Origin: an uncultured Rhodanobacteraceae bacterium
GTDB lineage: Bacteria; Pseudomonadota; Gammaproteobacteria; Xanthomonadales; Rhodanobacteraceae
Direction of reading: 5' to 3'
Length of the DNA: 32,000 nucleotides
Assembly: GCA_964466115.1 (NCBI GenBank)
Contig: CAYXMH010000001.1
Coordinates: forward strand, 84,389-116,388
Shown: one piece after another, positions 9,007-22,700 of the stretch
Position numbering within the stretch: position 1 is the stretch's first letter
Layout: each line of letters begins with the position of its first letter
Position numbers and translations under genes: made by a program
The notes under the pieces: model-generated
Told to the model about the DNA's origin: nothing
Seen by the model: the letters and a program-made list of their open reading frames with translations, nothing else
The model's database searches: none

Positions 9007-11634
9007 ATGAACCGCGTGTTAGTGCTGGAATCTTCCGCAACCAGACGCCGTGCTGTGCACGCATCGCTGACAAGTCATGGTTTCCAAGTTAGCGAGCTGC
9101 CCGGATTCGAGCACGCTCCGGCCATTCTTAAACGACTGGGCACCACCGCCACCAACGTGCGCGGATTGGTGATGGGCTGGCCAGAACACCACAATGCGTT
9201 GGCCGGCGAAGTCTTCGCCATGCTGCGCCAAGACGAGTTTGAGCATTTCGCGGTAGTGCTGTTGGCAGACACCAACAATGCCGATGCCGTGAACTGGATG
9301 ATGAAACGTCCGAGCACCGATTTGCTCTTGTGGAGCGATTACAACGAAGCGGCGGATTCCTTAAATAAACTGATCAACCCCCCGGCACCGGCGGTCCTGC
9401 CAAACCCGGACGTCAATAATCGCAATAATTTGCGAATCCTCTTCGTCGATGACTCAGCCACCGTGCGTATTGCCTTTCGCCGGCTGCTCACCATGCAAGG
9501 CTATCACGTTGAAACGGCTGAAAACGCCGCTGACGGCTGGGCCAAAGCGCAATCCAATCTCTACGATATCGCCATCGTGGATTACTTTATGCCGGGTGAT
9601 GCGGGAACCACGTTGGTGCAACGCATGAAAGAAAACCCGCGTACCGCGTCGATCTTAAGTGCGGTCATTACCGGCACTTATTCCGACCGCGTTATTAAGG
9701 AGTCGTTGGCCGCCGGCGCTCTTGAGTGCTTGTTTAAGAGCGAAGCGCGCGAATTGTTCCTGGCGCGATTGGGCTCGCTTGCACGGGCAGTACAGGACCG
9801 TAAATCGATCGATGCGGAACGGCGGCGATTATCCAGCATTCTTAACTCCGTGGGCGATGGCGTGTACGGTGTGGACGATAAAGGTGTGATCCAGTTTATC
9901 AACCCGGCCGCCATTGATCTGCTCGGTTTTCAGAGCAGCGCCCAGTTGATTGGAAAATCGGCCTATGAAACGTTTCACCACACATTCGAGGATGGCACGA
10001 CGCTGCCTCGCGCCGCGTGTTTCTTATCGCAATGCTACGCGCAAGGCAGCACCGTGCCAATTTGGCAAACGGTATTTTGGAGCGCCTCCAAACGCGCCAT
10101 TCCAGTCGAATGCACGGTTTACCCGATCCAAATGGATGGGCGACGCGAAGGCTCGGTGGTCGCGTTCAGGGATATTTCGGCGCGCCGTATACTGGAAGAC
10201 GAATTGCGCTGGCAGGCTAACCATGACATTTTAACCAAACTGTACAATCGCGCTTGGTTTGAAACGCAACTGGAACAAGAGATCGCCCGCATCCGACGCA
10301 CCGAACAAGTATCGCTGCTGTTGTTCGTCGATTTGGATCGCTTCAAATACATCAACGATACGGCCGGGCATACCGCCGGGGACCAGCTGCTGGTTGAAAT
10401 AAGCCACCGGCTAAAATCACGCCTGCGCGCAAGCGACCAGATTGCCCGCATGGGCGGCGATGAATACGCCATTATTTTGCACAATGTAAATAATACAGAC
10501 ATTGTGCATGTTGCCGATGAATTCCGTAAGGCGCTCTCCGCCTTGCCGTTCGCTTACGGCGGCAAGAGCTATCGCGTATCGGTGAGCATCGGCGTTTGTT
10601 TATTGGACCAACATACCGTATCGCGCACCGAGGCAATGGCGAACGCCGACATCGCGCTGCACCAGGCAAAAGACCGCGGACGCAATCAAATTCAAGTGTT
10701 CTCTCTAGATAGCGACCAACGTGCGAAAATGGATACCGAGCTTGGTTGGTCCTCGCGCCTGGTCGAGGCGATAAAGAAAGACCAATTTATCCTCTGCTAT
10801 CAACCGATACTGCCTTTGGCTCACTTGGAGTACGACAATTTGCCGCATGAACCCGGCGCGTTATGGACGCGCCACCTGCGCAAAAATAACGACAAACGCG
10901 CCTATTACGAAGTTTTGGTTCGCCTGCAGGACAGCGAAGGCAAATTAATCAATCCAGCCGCGTTTCTGCCCAGCGCCGAGCGCTTTAGCTTGATTGGCGA
11001 GATCGATCGATGGGTAGTGCGCCACGCACTGAAAGCGCTGCGCGAACATAACTTGACCAGCTCGCCCACGGGATTAACCATCAATCTCTCACCGCACTCG
11101 CTGGCGCAGCCGGGGTTGGCGCGGTACATCACCGATCGATTGGTGGAATTCAATATCGACCCGAACGCGGTGATTTTTGAGATTACCGAGTCCGGTGCGC
11201 TTCATCAATTGGAGGCGGCTCGGACTCTTATCCGCGAATTACGCGCCTTTGGTTGCCGCTTCGCGCTGGATGATTTCGGAGTCGGGTTTTCCTCGTTCAC
11301 CCACCTAAAACATTTGGATGTCGATTTTCTGAAAATCGATGGCTCATTCACTCAAGGCTTGCTGTCCGACCAGGTGGACCTTGCCGTCATTAACGCCATC
11401 ACCAGCATTGCTCATTCCATAGGCAAATTTACCATTGCCGAATGCGTTGAACACCCCGAGATTCTTCGCGCATTGCGTAATTGCAATGTGGATTATGCGC
11501 AAGGGTATTATATCGGCCGACCGAAACCGAGCTTGCGCGCGGCTGCCGCGCAATTGGAAATGGTGCACGGCAAAGAGCCCACACCTCCCTATCAAGCTGA
11601 CGATACCTACGAAGCTCGGCCGGCCACGAACTAA
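9007..11634 (+). CDS. c-di-GMP signalling protein: pseudo-receiver + canonical REC + PAS + GGDEF (GGDEY, RxxD I-site) + EAL (EVL)
   Basis: 875-aa ORF with an AAGGGG RBS before the ATG. The first ~125 aa are REC-like but lack the acidic pocket (VLVLESS, LVMGWP). The second REC is canonical (ILFVDDS, IAIVDYFMPG, AVITGT, LFKSE). The PAS domain contains LNSVGDGVYGVDDKGVIQFINPAA. The GGDEF domain has RASD-QIARM-GGDEY. The EAL domain has YYEVLVRL, INLSP, FEITES, ALDDFGVGFSS, LKIDGSF, IAECVE and AQGYYIGRP. Confidence 0.9.
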   Translation: MNRVLVLESSATRRRAVHASLTSHGFQVSELPGFEHAPAILKRLGTTATNVRGLVMGWPEHHNALAGEVFAMLRQDEFEHFAVVLLADTNNADAVNWMMKRPSTDLLLWSDYNEAADSLNKLINPPAPAVLPNPDVNNRNNLRILFVDDSATVRIAFRRLLTMQGYHVETAENAADGWAKAQSNLYDIAIVDYFMPGDAGTTLVQRMKENPRTASILSAVITGTYSDRVIKESLAAGALECLFKSEARELFLARLGSLARAVQDRKSIDAERRRLSSILNSVGDGVYGVDDKGVIQFINPAAIDLLGFQSSAQLIGKSAYETFHHTFEDGTTLPRAACFLSQCYAQGSTVPIWQTVFWSASKRAIPVECTVYPIQMDGRREGSVVAFRDISARRILEDELRWQANHDILTKLYNRAWFETQLEQEIARIRRTEQVSLLLFVDLDRFKYINDTAGHTAGDQLLVEISHRLKSRLRASDQIARMGGDEYAIILHNVNNTDIVHVADEFRKALSALPFAYGGKSYRVSVSIGVCLLDQHTVSRTEAMANADIALHQAKDRGRNQIQVFSLDSDQRAKMDTELGWSSRLVEAIKKDQFILCYQPILPLAHLEYDNLPHEPGALWTRHLRKNNDKRAYYEVLVRLQDSEGKLINPAAFLPSAERFSLIGEIDRWVVRHALKALREHNLTSSPTGLTINLSPHSLAQPGLARYITDRLVEFNIDPNAVIFEITESGALHQLEAARTLIRELRAFGCRFALDDFGVGFSSFTHLKHLDVDFLKIDGSFTQGLLSDQVDLAVINAITSIAHSIGKFTIAECVEHPEILRALRNCNVDYAQGYYIGRPKPSLRAAAAQLEMVHGKEPTPPYQADDTYEARPATN

Positions 11635-11689
11635 ACGCCGCGCACCGCATTCTCTTCCGTCTTTAACTCGCGATGACATTCTAAGCCAA

Positions 11690-13147
11690 ATGGCTATACC
11701 AACTTTTTATTGGCACGATTATGAAACCTTCGGCGTTGATCCCAGACGTGATCGCCCGGCGCAATTTGCCGGCTTGCGAACCAACATGGATTTGGAGCCG
11801 ATCGCCGAGCCAATGGTGATTTACTGCAAACCCAGCGACGATCTATTGCCCCAGCCACAAGCGTGCCTGCTCACCGGCATCACACCCCAGATGGCCGAGC
11901 GCATGGGCACTGGCGAGGCAGATTTTGCTGCCCGGATTCATGAAGAATTGGCCATTCCGGGCACCTGTAGCGCCGGTTACAATTCATTGCGCTTCGATGA
12001 GGAGGTCACGCGGCATCTTTTGTACCGCAATTTTTTTGATCCCTACGCACGCGAATGGGAAAACGGCAATTCGCGCTGGGATATCATCGATCTCGCCCGC
12101 TTAACCTACGCGCTGCGCCCCGACGGAATCGAGTGGCCGAGGCAAGACGACGGCAACCCCAGTTTTCGTCTCGGAGAGCTTAGCGCTGCCAATCACCTCT
12201 CCCACACCAAAGTTCACGATGCCCTCGGTGATGTTGAGGCCACGCTCGCGCTGGCGCGATTGATTCGCCGACACCAACCGCGCTTGTTCGAGTTTTATTT
12301 TCAGTTACGCCGAAAACAACGCGCATTGGAATTGCTCGACTACATTCATATGACGCCGGTTGTACACGTTTCATCAAGATACCCGGCCAGCCACGGCTGC
12401 CTAGCGATGGTGGTTCCTTTGGCAGTGCACCCAACTCAGCCCAACGCAATCATCGCCTACGACTTGCGCACCCATCCCAGCGCACTACTTGAGTTTGAGC
12501 CTGAGAAAATAGCGCAGCGCGTATTCACGGCCCAAGCGGCGCTACCGGAAGGAGAATCGCGCATACCATTGAAGTTGATACACATTAATCGCACCCCTGC
12601 CCTAGCGCCGTTATCCGCTCTTCAAGGCGCGGATCATGCGCGCATTAAGCTCGATGTAGAGCTTTGCTTGGCGCATCTAACGCTTATACAGCAATCCACC
12701 ACGGTGGCAGAAAAAGTCCGCACGGTATTCTCACGCCCGACTTCGGAGGCTAAAATCGACCCGGAATTAGCGCTTTACGAGGGTGGCTTTCTTAACGACC
12801 ACGATCGCCCATTATTGAGGGAGGTGCGCAAAACCGCGCCAGCCCAACTGGGCGCGCGCAATTTTGCGTTTCGCGACCCGCGCTATACCGAGTTATTGTT
12901 TCGCTACCGCGCCCGCAACTATCCGGATACGCTTAACCTCAAAGAGGCCACGCTCTGGGAGGATTTCCGGCGGCGCAAGCTGACCATTGAAACCGCCTTA
13001 ACATCAATAACATTGGACCAATACTTCACGGAAATCACCCGATTACGCCAGTCCGATGTTTCTTTAGACGCGAGAAAAAGTGCGCTACTGGATGAATTAG
13101 AAATATGGGGCCATAATATTATTTACACAAATCTCAAACAATCCTAA
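11690..13147 (+). CDS. sbcB: exodeoxyribonuclease I
   Basis: From the ATG at 11690 the protein reads MAIPTFYWHDYETFGVDPRRDRPAQFAGLRT, colinear with E. coli SbcB (FLFHDYETFG..DRPAQFA). Further matches are CKPSDDLLPQPQACLLTGITPQ, GYNSLRFDEEVTR, NSRWDIIDL, HDALGDVEAT and LFRYRARNYP. The track ORF start at 11435 would overlap the upstream gene by 200 nt and add non-homologous sequence. Confidence 0.93.
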   Translation: MAIPTFYWHDYETFGVDPRRDRPAQFAGLRTNMDLEPIAEPMVIYCKPSDDLLPQPQACLLTGITPQMAERMGTGEADFAARIHEELAIPGTCSAGYNSLRFDEEVTRHLLYRNFFDPYAREWENGNSRWDIIDLARLTYALRPDGIEWPRQDDGNPSFRLGELSAANHLSHTKVHDALGDVEATLALARLIRRHQPRLFEFYFQLRRKQRALELLDYIHMTPVVHVSSRYPASHGCLAMVVPLAVHPTQPNAIIAYDLRTHPSALLEFEPEKIAQRVFTAQAALPEGESRIPLKLIHINRTPALAPLSALQGADHARIKLDVELCLAHLTLIQQSTTVAEKVRTVFSRPTSEAKIDPELALYEGGFLNDHDRPLLREVRKTAPAQLGARNFAFRDPRYTELLFRYRARNYPDTLNLKEATLWEDFRRRKLTIETALTSITLDQYFTEITRLRQSDVSLDARKSALLDELEIWGHNIIYTNLKQS

Positions 13148-13248
13148 TTTTTTTAAATTTCTTTATACAATAAAAAACAAAAACCAACTCCAATCGTGCA
13201 TAAACTGGTACCAGAGGTTTAAGCATTCACCCCGAATCGAGGCATGAC

Positions 13249-13938
13249 GTGAAAGACAACTCCTATTTCACACCCGCCAGTTTCCGCTTTTTGCGCGAAC
13301 TTGCGGCCAACAATAATCGGGCATGGTTTGCCGAAAATAAACACCGCTTCGACGAAGTGCTGCGCCAGCCGTATTTGAACTTGATTGCGGATTTGGCCAC
13401 TCCGTTGATGAAAATCAGCCGGCATTTTTGCGCCGACCCCCGCCCGCAGGGTGGCTCGTTGTTTCGCTTGCACCGGGACACCCGCTTTAGCCGGGACAAA
13501 AATCCCTACAAGGCGTATGCCGGGGCCATTTTCTTCCATAAGCGCCACCACGATGTGCAAGCCCCATCGTTTTATTTGCATATTCAACCGGGCGGCTGTT
13601 TCCTCGCCGCGGGCTTATGGCATCCGCAACCGGCAACCGTTCACCGCGTTCGCGATTATCTAGTGGATAACCCCTCCTCCTGGCAAAAAGCCGTTCACGC
13701 AAAGTACTTTCAACAGCATTATGAGATCGGCGGGGATAGCCTTGTGCGCTCGCCGCGTGGCTACGATCCCGATCACGAACTAGCGCTAGACATCAAACGC
13801 AAAGACTTCGTTGCAGCCCAATACTTCGACGACAAGCAAGCCTGCGCCCCCAATCTACGCCCCTTTATATTAAACGGCTGGAAGGGATTGGCACCGATGA
13901 TGGACTATTTGTGCACGGCGCTCGATCTGGAATTCTAA
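13249..13938 (+). CDS. DUF2461 / TIGR02453 family conserved hypothetical protein
   Basis: 229-aa ORF with a GTG start. Family-typical blocks are FRFLRELAANNNRAWFAENKHRF, LFRLHRDTRFSRDKNPYK, FYLHIQPGGCFLAAGLWHP, RSPRGYDPDH and IKRKDFVA. Confidence 0.8.
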   Translation: MKDNSYFTPASFRFLRELAANNNRAWFAENKHRFDEVLRQPYLNLIADLATPLMKISRHFCADPRPQGGSLFRLHRDTRFSRDKNPYKAYAGAIFFHKRHHDVQAPSFYLHIQPGGCFLAAGLWHPQPATVHRVRDYLVDNPSSWQKAVHAKYFQQHYEIGGDSLVRSPRGYDPDHELALDIKRKDFVAAQYFDDKQACAPNLRPFILNGWKGLAPMMDYLCTALDLEF

Positions 13939-14050
13939 GCAACCTTTTGAATAACCCCAAACGGCTCCTTAATATCCCGACAACCCAGCTTCAGACCACG
14001 GCTGGCGCCCTGCTGCTAATGATATTTAAAACGAGCTCAGAGACCCCTAA

Positions 14051-15253
14051 ATGCGTGATCGATTCATTCCGAGCACTCGCCTGTCGTGTTTTTATTTTGC
14101 TTATTACGCTGCCCTCGGCGCCTTCACTCCGTATTGGAGCCTGTTCCTAAAACACCGCAATCAAAGCACCACCGCCATAAGCTTGTTGATGGCGCTTTGG
14201 TATGGCACGCGTATTGTCGCCCCTGGCATCCTAAGCGCCCTGGCGGCGCAATCAGCCACCCCCATTATTTGGCTGCGCATTGGGTCGGTAGCCGCATTCT
14301 TAAGTTTTTTCGCATTTTTGTTGCCGATGGAGTTCGCCGGCCTTTTTACGGCGATGGTAATTTTTTGTTTTTTCTATAATGCAATTATGCCTCAATTCGA
14401 GGCGATAACGCTTTCGCATTTAGGTCTACAAGTTAGCCACTACGGAAGGATACGCGTATGGGGCTCGGTCGGGTTCATCCTGATAGTTGCCGGGTTTGGC
14501 CTGGCCTTGGACTACGCGTCGATCGCGTGGCTGCCCTGGATGATGCTGCCTTTGTTCGGCATCATCGCCATCAGCAGTTTTTACAACGATTACGGGCCAG
14601 AGCATTTGCTGGCAACCGGAACAAGCCAATTTCGCCAACTGTTATTGCGGCGCGAGGTCATCGTATTTTTCGGCATTGCGTTCTTAATGCAGATATCGTT
14701 CGGGCCTTATTACACTTTTTTCTCGTTATATCTTGACCAATTCGGGTACCGTCCGGTCGCGCTCGGCGCCTTTTGGACCGCAGCTGTACTGGTGGAAATC
14801 GTCATGTTTTTTTTCTCAAACCGTGCGTTGCAACGGCTGGACGCGCGGCGCATGATTTTGCTCGCTTTGCTACTCGCAGCCTGCCGCTGGATCGCCACGG
14901 CGCTTTATCCTGAAAATCGGATTGTGCTTGGTCTTGCGCAGTTAAGTCACGCCATCACGTTTGCCGCATTTTATGCCGCTTGCATGCAGCTCATGAGTGA
15001 ATACTTCCCCGGCCGCGACAACGGCCATGGTCAAAGCGTTTTATATGGCTTCAGCTCAGGGTTAGGCGGCGTACTCGGTGCGCTGATTGCCGGTCAAGCA
15101 TGGGGTATTGGCAATGGCCGACTGGCATTTCTCATTGCCGCGGGTGTGTGCATAGCAGCGGCAGGTCTGGCGTGGTGGGGACTGTCGCCCATTGTCCGTC
15201 CGATCGAAAATTCCACAACCGTGCCAGGGGTCGGATCTTTATCCGATAGTTGA
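14051..15253 (+). CDS. MFS transporter (MFS_1_like / 3-phenylpropionate-permease-like family), substrate unknown
   Basis: 400-aa ORF that is hydrophobic throughout, with about 12 predicted TM segments. The N-terminal FYFAYYAALGAFTPYWSLFL is typical of the HcaT/PPP-like MFS subgroup. Function is inferred only at family level. Confidence 0.8.
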   Translation: MRDRFIPSTRLSCFYFAYYAALGAFTPYWSLFLKHRNQSTTAISLLMALWYGTRIVAPGILSALAAQSATPIIWLRIGSVAAFLSFFAFLLPMEFAGLFTAMVIFCFFYNAIMPQFEAITLSHLGLQVSHYGRIRVWGSVGFILIVAGFGLALDYASIAWLPWMMLPLFGIIAISSFYNDYGPEHLLATGTSQFRQLLLRREVIVFFGIAFLMQISFGPYYTFFSLYLDQFGYRPVALGAFWTAAVLVEIVMFFFSNRALQRLDARRMILLALLLAACRWIATALYPENRIVLGLAQLSHAITFAAFYAACMQLMSEYFPGRDNGHGQSVLYGFSSGLGGVLGALIAGQAWGIGNGRLAFLIAAGVCIAAAGLAWWGLSPIVRPIENSTTVPGVGSLSDS

Positions 15254-15257
15254 ACCC

Positions 15258-18333
<3,076 letters not shown>

Positions 18334-18478
18334 CTATTTAAGTCAATACAGCGGATGGATTGGTTTTTTTGCCATAGCCCACTACTATCCGATGGTGCAA
18401 AAAATGAATTATCGGGGCGGTTTAACCGATTGTCACTCCTTTGCACAAATTGATTTGCTTTCCCACCGACGACAACGC

Positions 18479-19645
18479 ATGACTCACGACGCCGAAATTC
18501 TGCTCAGTTTATTCATCGTGTTTGTCGCCGCGCAGGTTGGGGCGGAGCTGGCGCAACGGCTTAAGCAACCCGCCGTGGTCGGCGAGATTGCCGCCGGTTG
18601 TGTGATCGGACCTTCGGTATTGGGCTTTATCCAGCCCTCCGAGGCATTGAACATGCTCTCTGAGATCGGCGTGGTGTTATTGCTGTTTTCGGTTGGTTTG
18701 GAGATGCAGCTGGCCGAACTTAAAAGCATCGGCCGTAGCGCCATTCTAGTTGGTATACTTGGTGTAATAATCCCCTTTGTTCTTGCCACGCTGTGGGCGA
18801 TAAACAATGGATTTACCCCACACAAGTCGTTGTTCATCGCTGCCGCGTTCGTCGCAACCTCAGCCGGCATCACGGCCCGCGTGCTGCAAGAGTTAAACGC
18901 ACTTAAGCGGGTTGAAAGCCGCGTAATTCTAGGGGCTGCGGTGATCGACGATATTCTCGCAATGTTACTGCTGGGTATCGTTGTGTCATTGCAAACCACG
19001 GACGGCTTCCAAACCTGGCATTTGGCCCTGGTGCTGCTGGAAGCGGTCGCGTTTATCGCCGTAGTGGGTTACGTCGGCACACATGTTATGCGGCGTTCCT
19101 CGCGCTGGCTCGACGCACCGATCCATCCGTTGTCGCCGTTAACCATTGTGTTAGCGCTGTGCCTTGGCCTGGCGTATTTATCTACGACTTTCGGATTGGC
19201 TGCGATCATCGGCGCCTTCCTCGCCGGCATGATCGCCTCCGAAACCAAGCAACGCGCAACACTTGAACACCAAACGCAGCCCCTATTGGCGTTGCTAACA
19301 CCATTTTTTTTCGTGATGACCGGTAGCAAGGTGGAAATCGCCGAATTGGCCAATACGTCCACCTTGCTGCTTCTGGCAACAGTTACCGCCATTGCGGTGG
19401 TCTCGAAATTTACTGGCGGTTTTCTTGGCGCACTTAGTCTTGGCAAGCGCAGCGCTATTATTGTTGGCGTAGGCATGATTCCGCGCGGCGAAGTCGGTGT
19501 GGTGGTTGCCAGCTTAGGATTGGCCGCGGGCGTGTTTTCAGCGCGGATTTATGCAGTGATCGTCGCAATGTCGTTACTCACCGCCATGCTCACGCCACCG
19601 TTGCTGGCGCGTCTGTTACAAAAAAACGAACCGGCTTCGAAATAG
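18479..19645 (+). CDS. cation:proton antiporter (CPA2 / Kef-type membrane domain, no RCK domain)
   Basis: From the ATG at 18479 the protein reads MTHDAEILLSLFIVFVAAQVGAELAQRLKQPAVVGEIAAGCVIGPSVLG, the typical CPA2 first TM plus the GEIxAGxxxGPS motif. The protein is polytopic throughout, and PRGEVG lies near the C-terminus. The 60 codons upstream in the track ORF are non-hydrophobic and probably not translated. Confidence 0.85.
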   Translation: MTHDAEILLSLFIVFVAAQVGAELAQRLKQPAVVGEIAAGCVIGPSVLGFIQPSEALNMLSEIGVVLLLFSVGLEMQLAELKSIGRSAILVGILGVIIPFVLATLWAINNGFTPHKSLFIAAAFVATSAGITARVLQELNALKRVESRVILGAAVIDDILAMLLLGIVVSLQTTDGFQTWHLALVLLEAVAFIAVVGYVGTHVMRRSSRWLDAPIHPLSPLTIVLALCLGLAYLSTTFGLAAIIGAFLAGMIASETKQRATLEHQTQPLLALLTPFFFVMTGSKVEIAELANTSTLLLLATVTAIAVVSKFTGGFLGALSLGKRSAIIVGVGMIPRGEVGVVVASLGLAAGVFSARIYAVIVAMSLLTAMLTPPLLARLLQKNEPASK

Positions 19646-19795
19646 AAATAACTGACGCATTCGCCCGTGTAACAAAACTTCACAGTGCAACTCTGTCCCC
19701 TGCGAGGTTCAAATTCCGTCTCTGTCTAGGTACTCACAAGTGTGGGTGTGGACCCGCGTGGTGGGTAACCAAACTTTAAAGACAGGAACGGTGTG

Positions 19796-22700
19796 ATGAA
19801 GATTAAGCAGATGAGTAGCGCGGTGCTGATGGCACTGGGCATGGGGCTAGTGCTGGAGCCGGTCTTCGGCGGTGCGCTGGATCACGCCGCACCAGGTGCG
19901 ACCGGTGTTTCCGCCACCTCGTGCGCGGGTGGCGCTTCGCGCAATCCGGCCGGATGCGATGGCCACGGGGTACTGAAATACGCCTTCACCTTCTCCGGTG
20001 ATCTGCGTTTGTGGGATGAGCCGACCAGTTATATTCCGGCCTACGGTCCCTGGGTATCGCTGGGCGTGTCGATGAACTCGTCCGAGGTGAAGCGCTCACC
20101 CGGCACCCAGGCCGGTGGCTGGAACGTGGGCTTATCCGGGTATGTGACCACCGTGGTGAATACCGGGACCACGCAATTTGCCGAGGTGCCCGCCCCGGTG
20201 ACCAATGCGGTACAGGTATATTTGTCGCAAGGTGGGTTTGAAACCTACGTCTCCTCGTCCGCTTGCTCTGCGACTTCGGGTACGCGCTGCACCTTTGCTA
20301 AGGACGCGATCAGCCAAGCCACCGTATCGCGCGCCGGTGGCGACACTGGCGTATTGGCCAGTTACCCTGCTGCCGTGCGTGCTCAATTGTTGGATCCGCG
20401 CGGCTTTGCTCGTGCGTTGCCCGGCGGTGGCTATGAGGTTTATGGCGGAAGTTTGGAATCGATTCGGGTTGTCCCCGGCGGCTACGAAGCCTGGTTAAGC
20501 GCTCGGGTCGATCGCACCGGCTTGGCCTTGGTGTTTCACTACGACACCCGTCCTAGCGGCATTAAGCGCGTGCGCTCGTTAACCGATGCCAGCGGCCTTG
20601 AGACCCATTTGTACTACCCCGACAACGAACCGCGTTGGAGTGCGTCTCCTCCCCAAGGCTTGAGCGAGCTGCTGGCTGTCAGCCCCACGGCCGAAGGTCT
20701 TTTGACCTCGATCGCCGATCCCTACGGCCATCGCGCCGAATTCACCTACCAAGACGCCTGGACCGGCTGGGTCTTGGGCGAACCCCTAGCTCTTAAGACC
20801 GACAGCTTGCGCGCCGCGGTGCTGGCGCAAAGCGGCTTGTTTCGTCTGATTGCCAGCCAAGACGTGTTGGGCGTGCGCTCATTGATTCGCTACGGCTGTG
20901 GAGCCGTTATCTTGCCTGACACACTGGAACACCTGCGTGCAGGCATCCGCGATGGCATCGCTATCCCCGCTTCCTGCGTCAACGCCCGCAGCGGCATTCC
21001 TCTCCCCGGCCCCACTTGGCTGGATCCGGCCGCGACCGAAACTCCCTACGGCATCAACCGTTACAAACGCGTCGATGTCGTCAGCGACTCGCAACACCGC
21101 TTAGGCTGGATCGTCCAGAACCCGGCCGGCAACATCGAATGGAAAGAGACCCTATTCGGTACCCAGGATATCGGGCTGCAAAGCCAATTGGCGGCACTCC
21201 TGGGTCGCGGCACCGCACCCTCCGATCGCCCCGCCCACATTCCCGTCTCCGCTTGGAACAGCCTATTGCGCTTACCGGCCAGTGCGTATCGCACCGGTTA
21301 CCAATGGAGCTTTAAAGCGTTGGACGAGTGGCCCGACAACCCCGCCTTCCACGGTGTGGATCTGTTCGCCATGGCGGGTGCTCCCGCGATGCCGCCGCTG
21401 GCCTTGGCCCACATCGAACAATATGCCCACGACTACCCGGCCGGCAGCGAAGAGGCCAGCTTAAGCCAAGTCAAAATCTGGGAGAAAACACCGGGGGAAT
21501 CCGAAGGTGTGTATTACGGTTATGAGAACGCCACCGATGCGGCGACGTTTCGTCCCCAACCGATGCCGGGCGCGCCGTTAACCGGTGCGACCCATGCACA
21601 ACCCAGCCCGAGTGTCGTGGCGCGGCGCTTGGACGACGGCACCTTTCAGGCGGTATATCAACAATACAACGAGCAAGGCAACCCGACCTTACGCGTCGAC
21701 GCGATGGGAGGTGCCCAAGAAACGGTGTATGCGCCGAATGGCATCGATGTGACGGACCTCTACGCAGTGCGCTGGAGTGTGGATGCGATGGGATTGGGTC
21801 ACGCCACGCACTTGGAGCGCTTGGCGCACTTCGTGGTCAACGACCAAGGCCAAGTCACGCGCGAGGAAGGCACCCTTGCGGGTGTCGGTACCACGCTTGA
21901 CTATGAAACCGCTGCCCCGTATCGCTTGGCTGGGGTGACCAATGAGCTTGGACTTCGCACCCGCTACCACTGGAGCACGATCGGCACCGATCCCACCACG
22001 CGCGTGGATCGCTTAACGGTCACAGCGCCGAACGGTTTAGTCTCCACATCCGACTACCGCCAAGGCGCAGTGGTGCGCCAGGAATCCCAAGGCCGAATCC
22101 GCGAGTACGCCGGTCAGGACGCGTTTGGCCGGCCGGCCACCGTCTCGGTGGGTGGGGAGATCAAAGTTCGCTACACCTACAACCCTGCGAACCTTCTGGA
22201 TCTGCAGACGATCCGCAACGAGACCAACGCCAGCGAGGTGAAGCTCATCACCGATTACTTAGGCCGGGTGCAATGGAGCTGGCAGACCAATGCGATGGGC
22301 GAGGTGGTAAGTTCCAGCCAGCGCAGTTACGACCTATCCGGAAATTTGGCATCACTATGGACCAGTGGCGCCAGCACCACCGAAGTGGTGGCATGGTATT
22401 ACGATGTTCAGGGACGGCCCACGCTGCGTTGGGACACCGAGGGCAGTCAGACGCAATTGAGTTACAGCCCCACGACCGGACGCTTAACCGGCAGCCAAGA
22501 CGCGAATGGCCAATGGACGTATTACCGCTACGACGCCAACGGGGCGCTCCTAAGCAAACGCCTAAGCGATCCGGTCAGCGGACGAGAGACGGTGCGGATG
22601 GAGTACGACCCGGTCTACGGAAGAATCAACCGAAAGTTTGATGCGATCGGGATGACCGAATACCACTACACCCCATACCAACCGTATCGTTTGGAGTGGA

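Noticed and set aside
11435-11689. An 85-codon N-terminal extension of the sbcB ORF.
   Set aside because: It overlaps the upstream GGDEF-EAL gene by 200 nt and is Arg/Lys/Pro-rich rather than protein-like. Homology to SbcB begins exactly at the ATG at 11690.
19706-19717. GGTTCAAATTCC upstream of the Rhs gene resembles a tRNA T-loop. It could mark a tRNA remnant or att site for an Rhs island.
   Set aside because: The flanking 5-nt segments (CGAGG / TCCGT and shifted alternatives) do not pair as a T-stem. The nearby ACAG-N7-CTGT hairpin has G, not U, at the position-33 equivalent. No acceptor stem or direct-repeat partner is visible.
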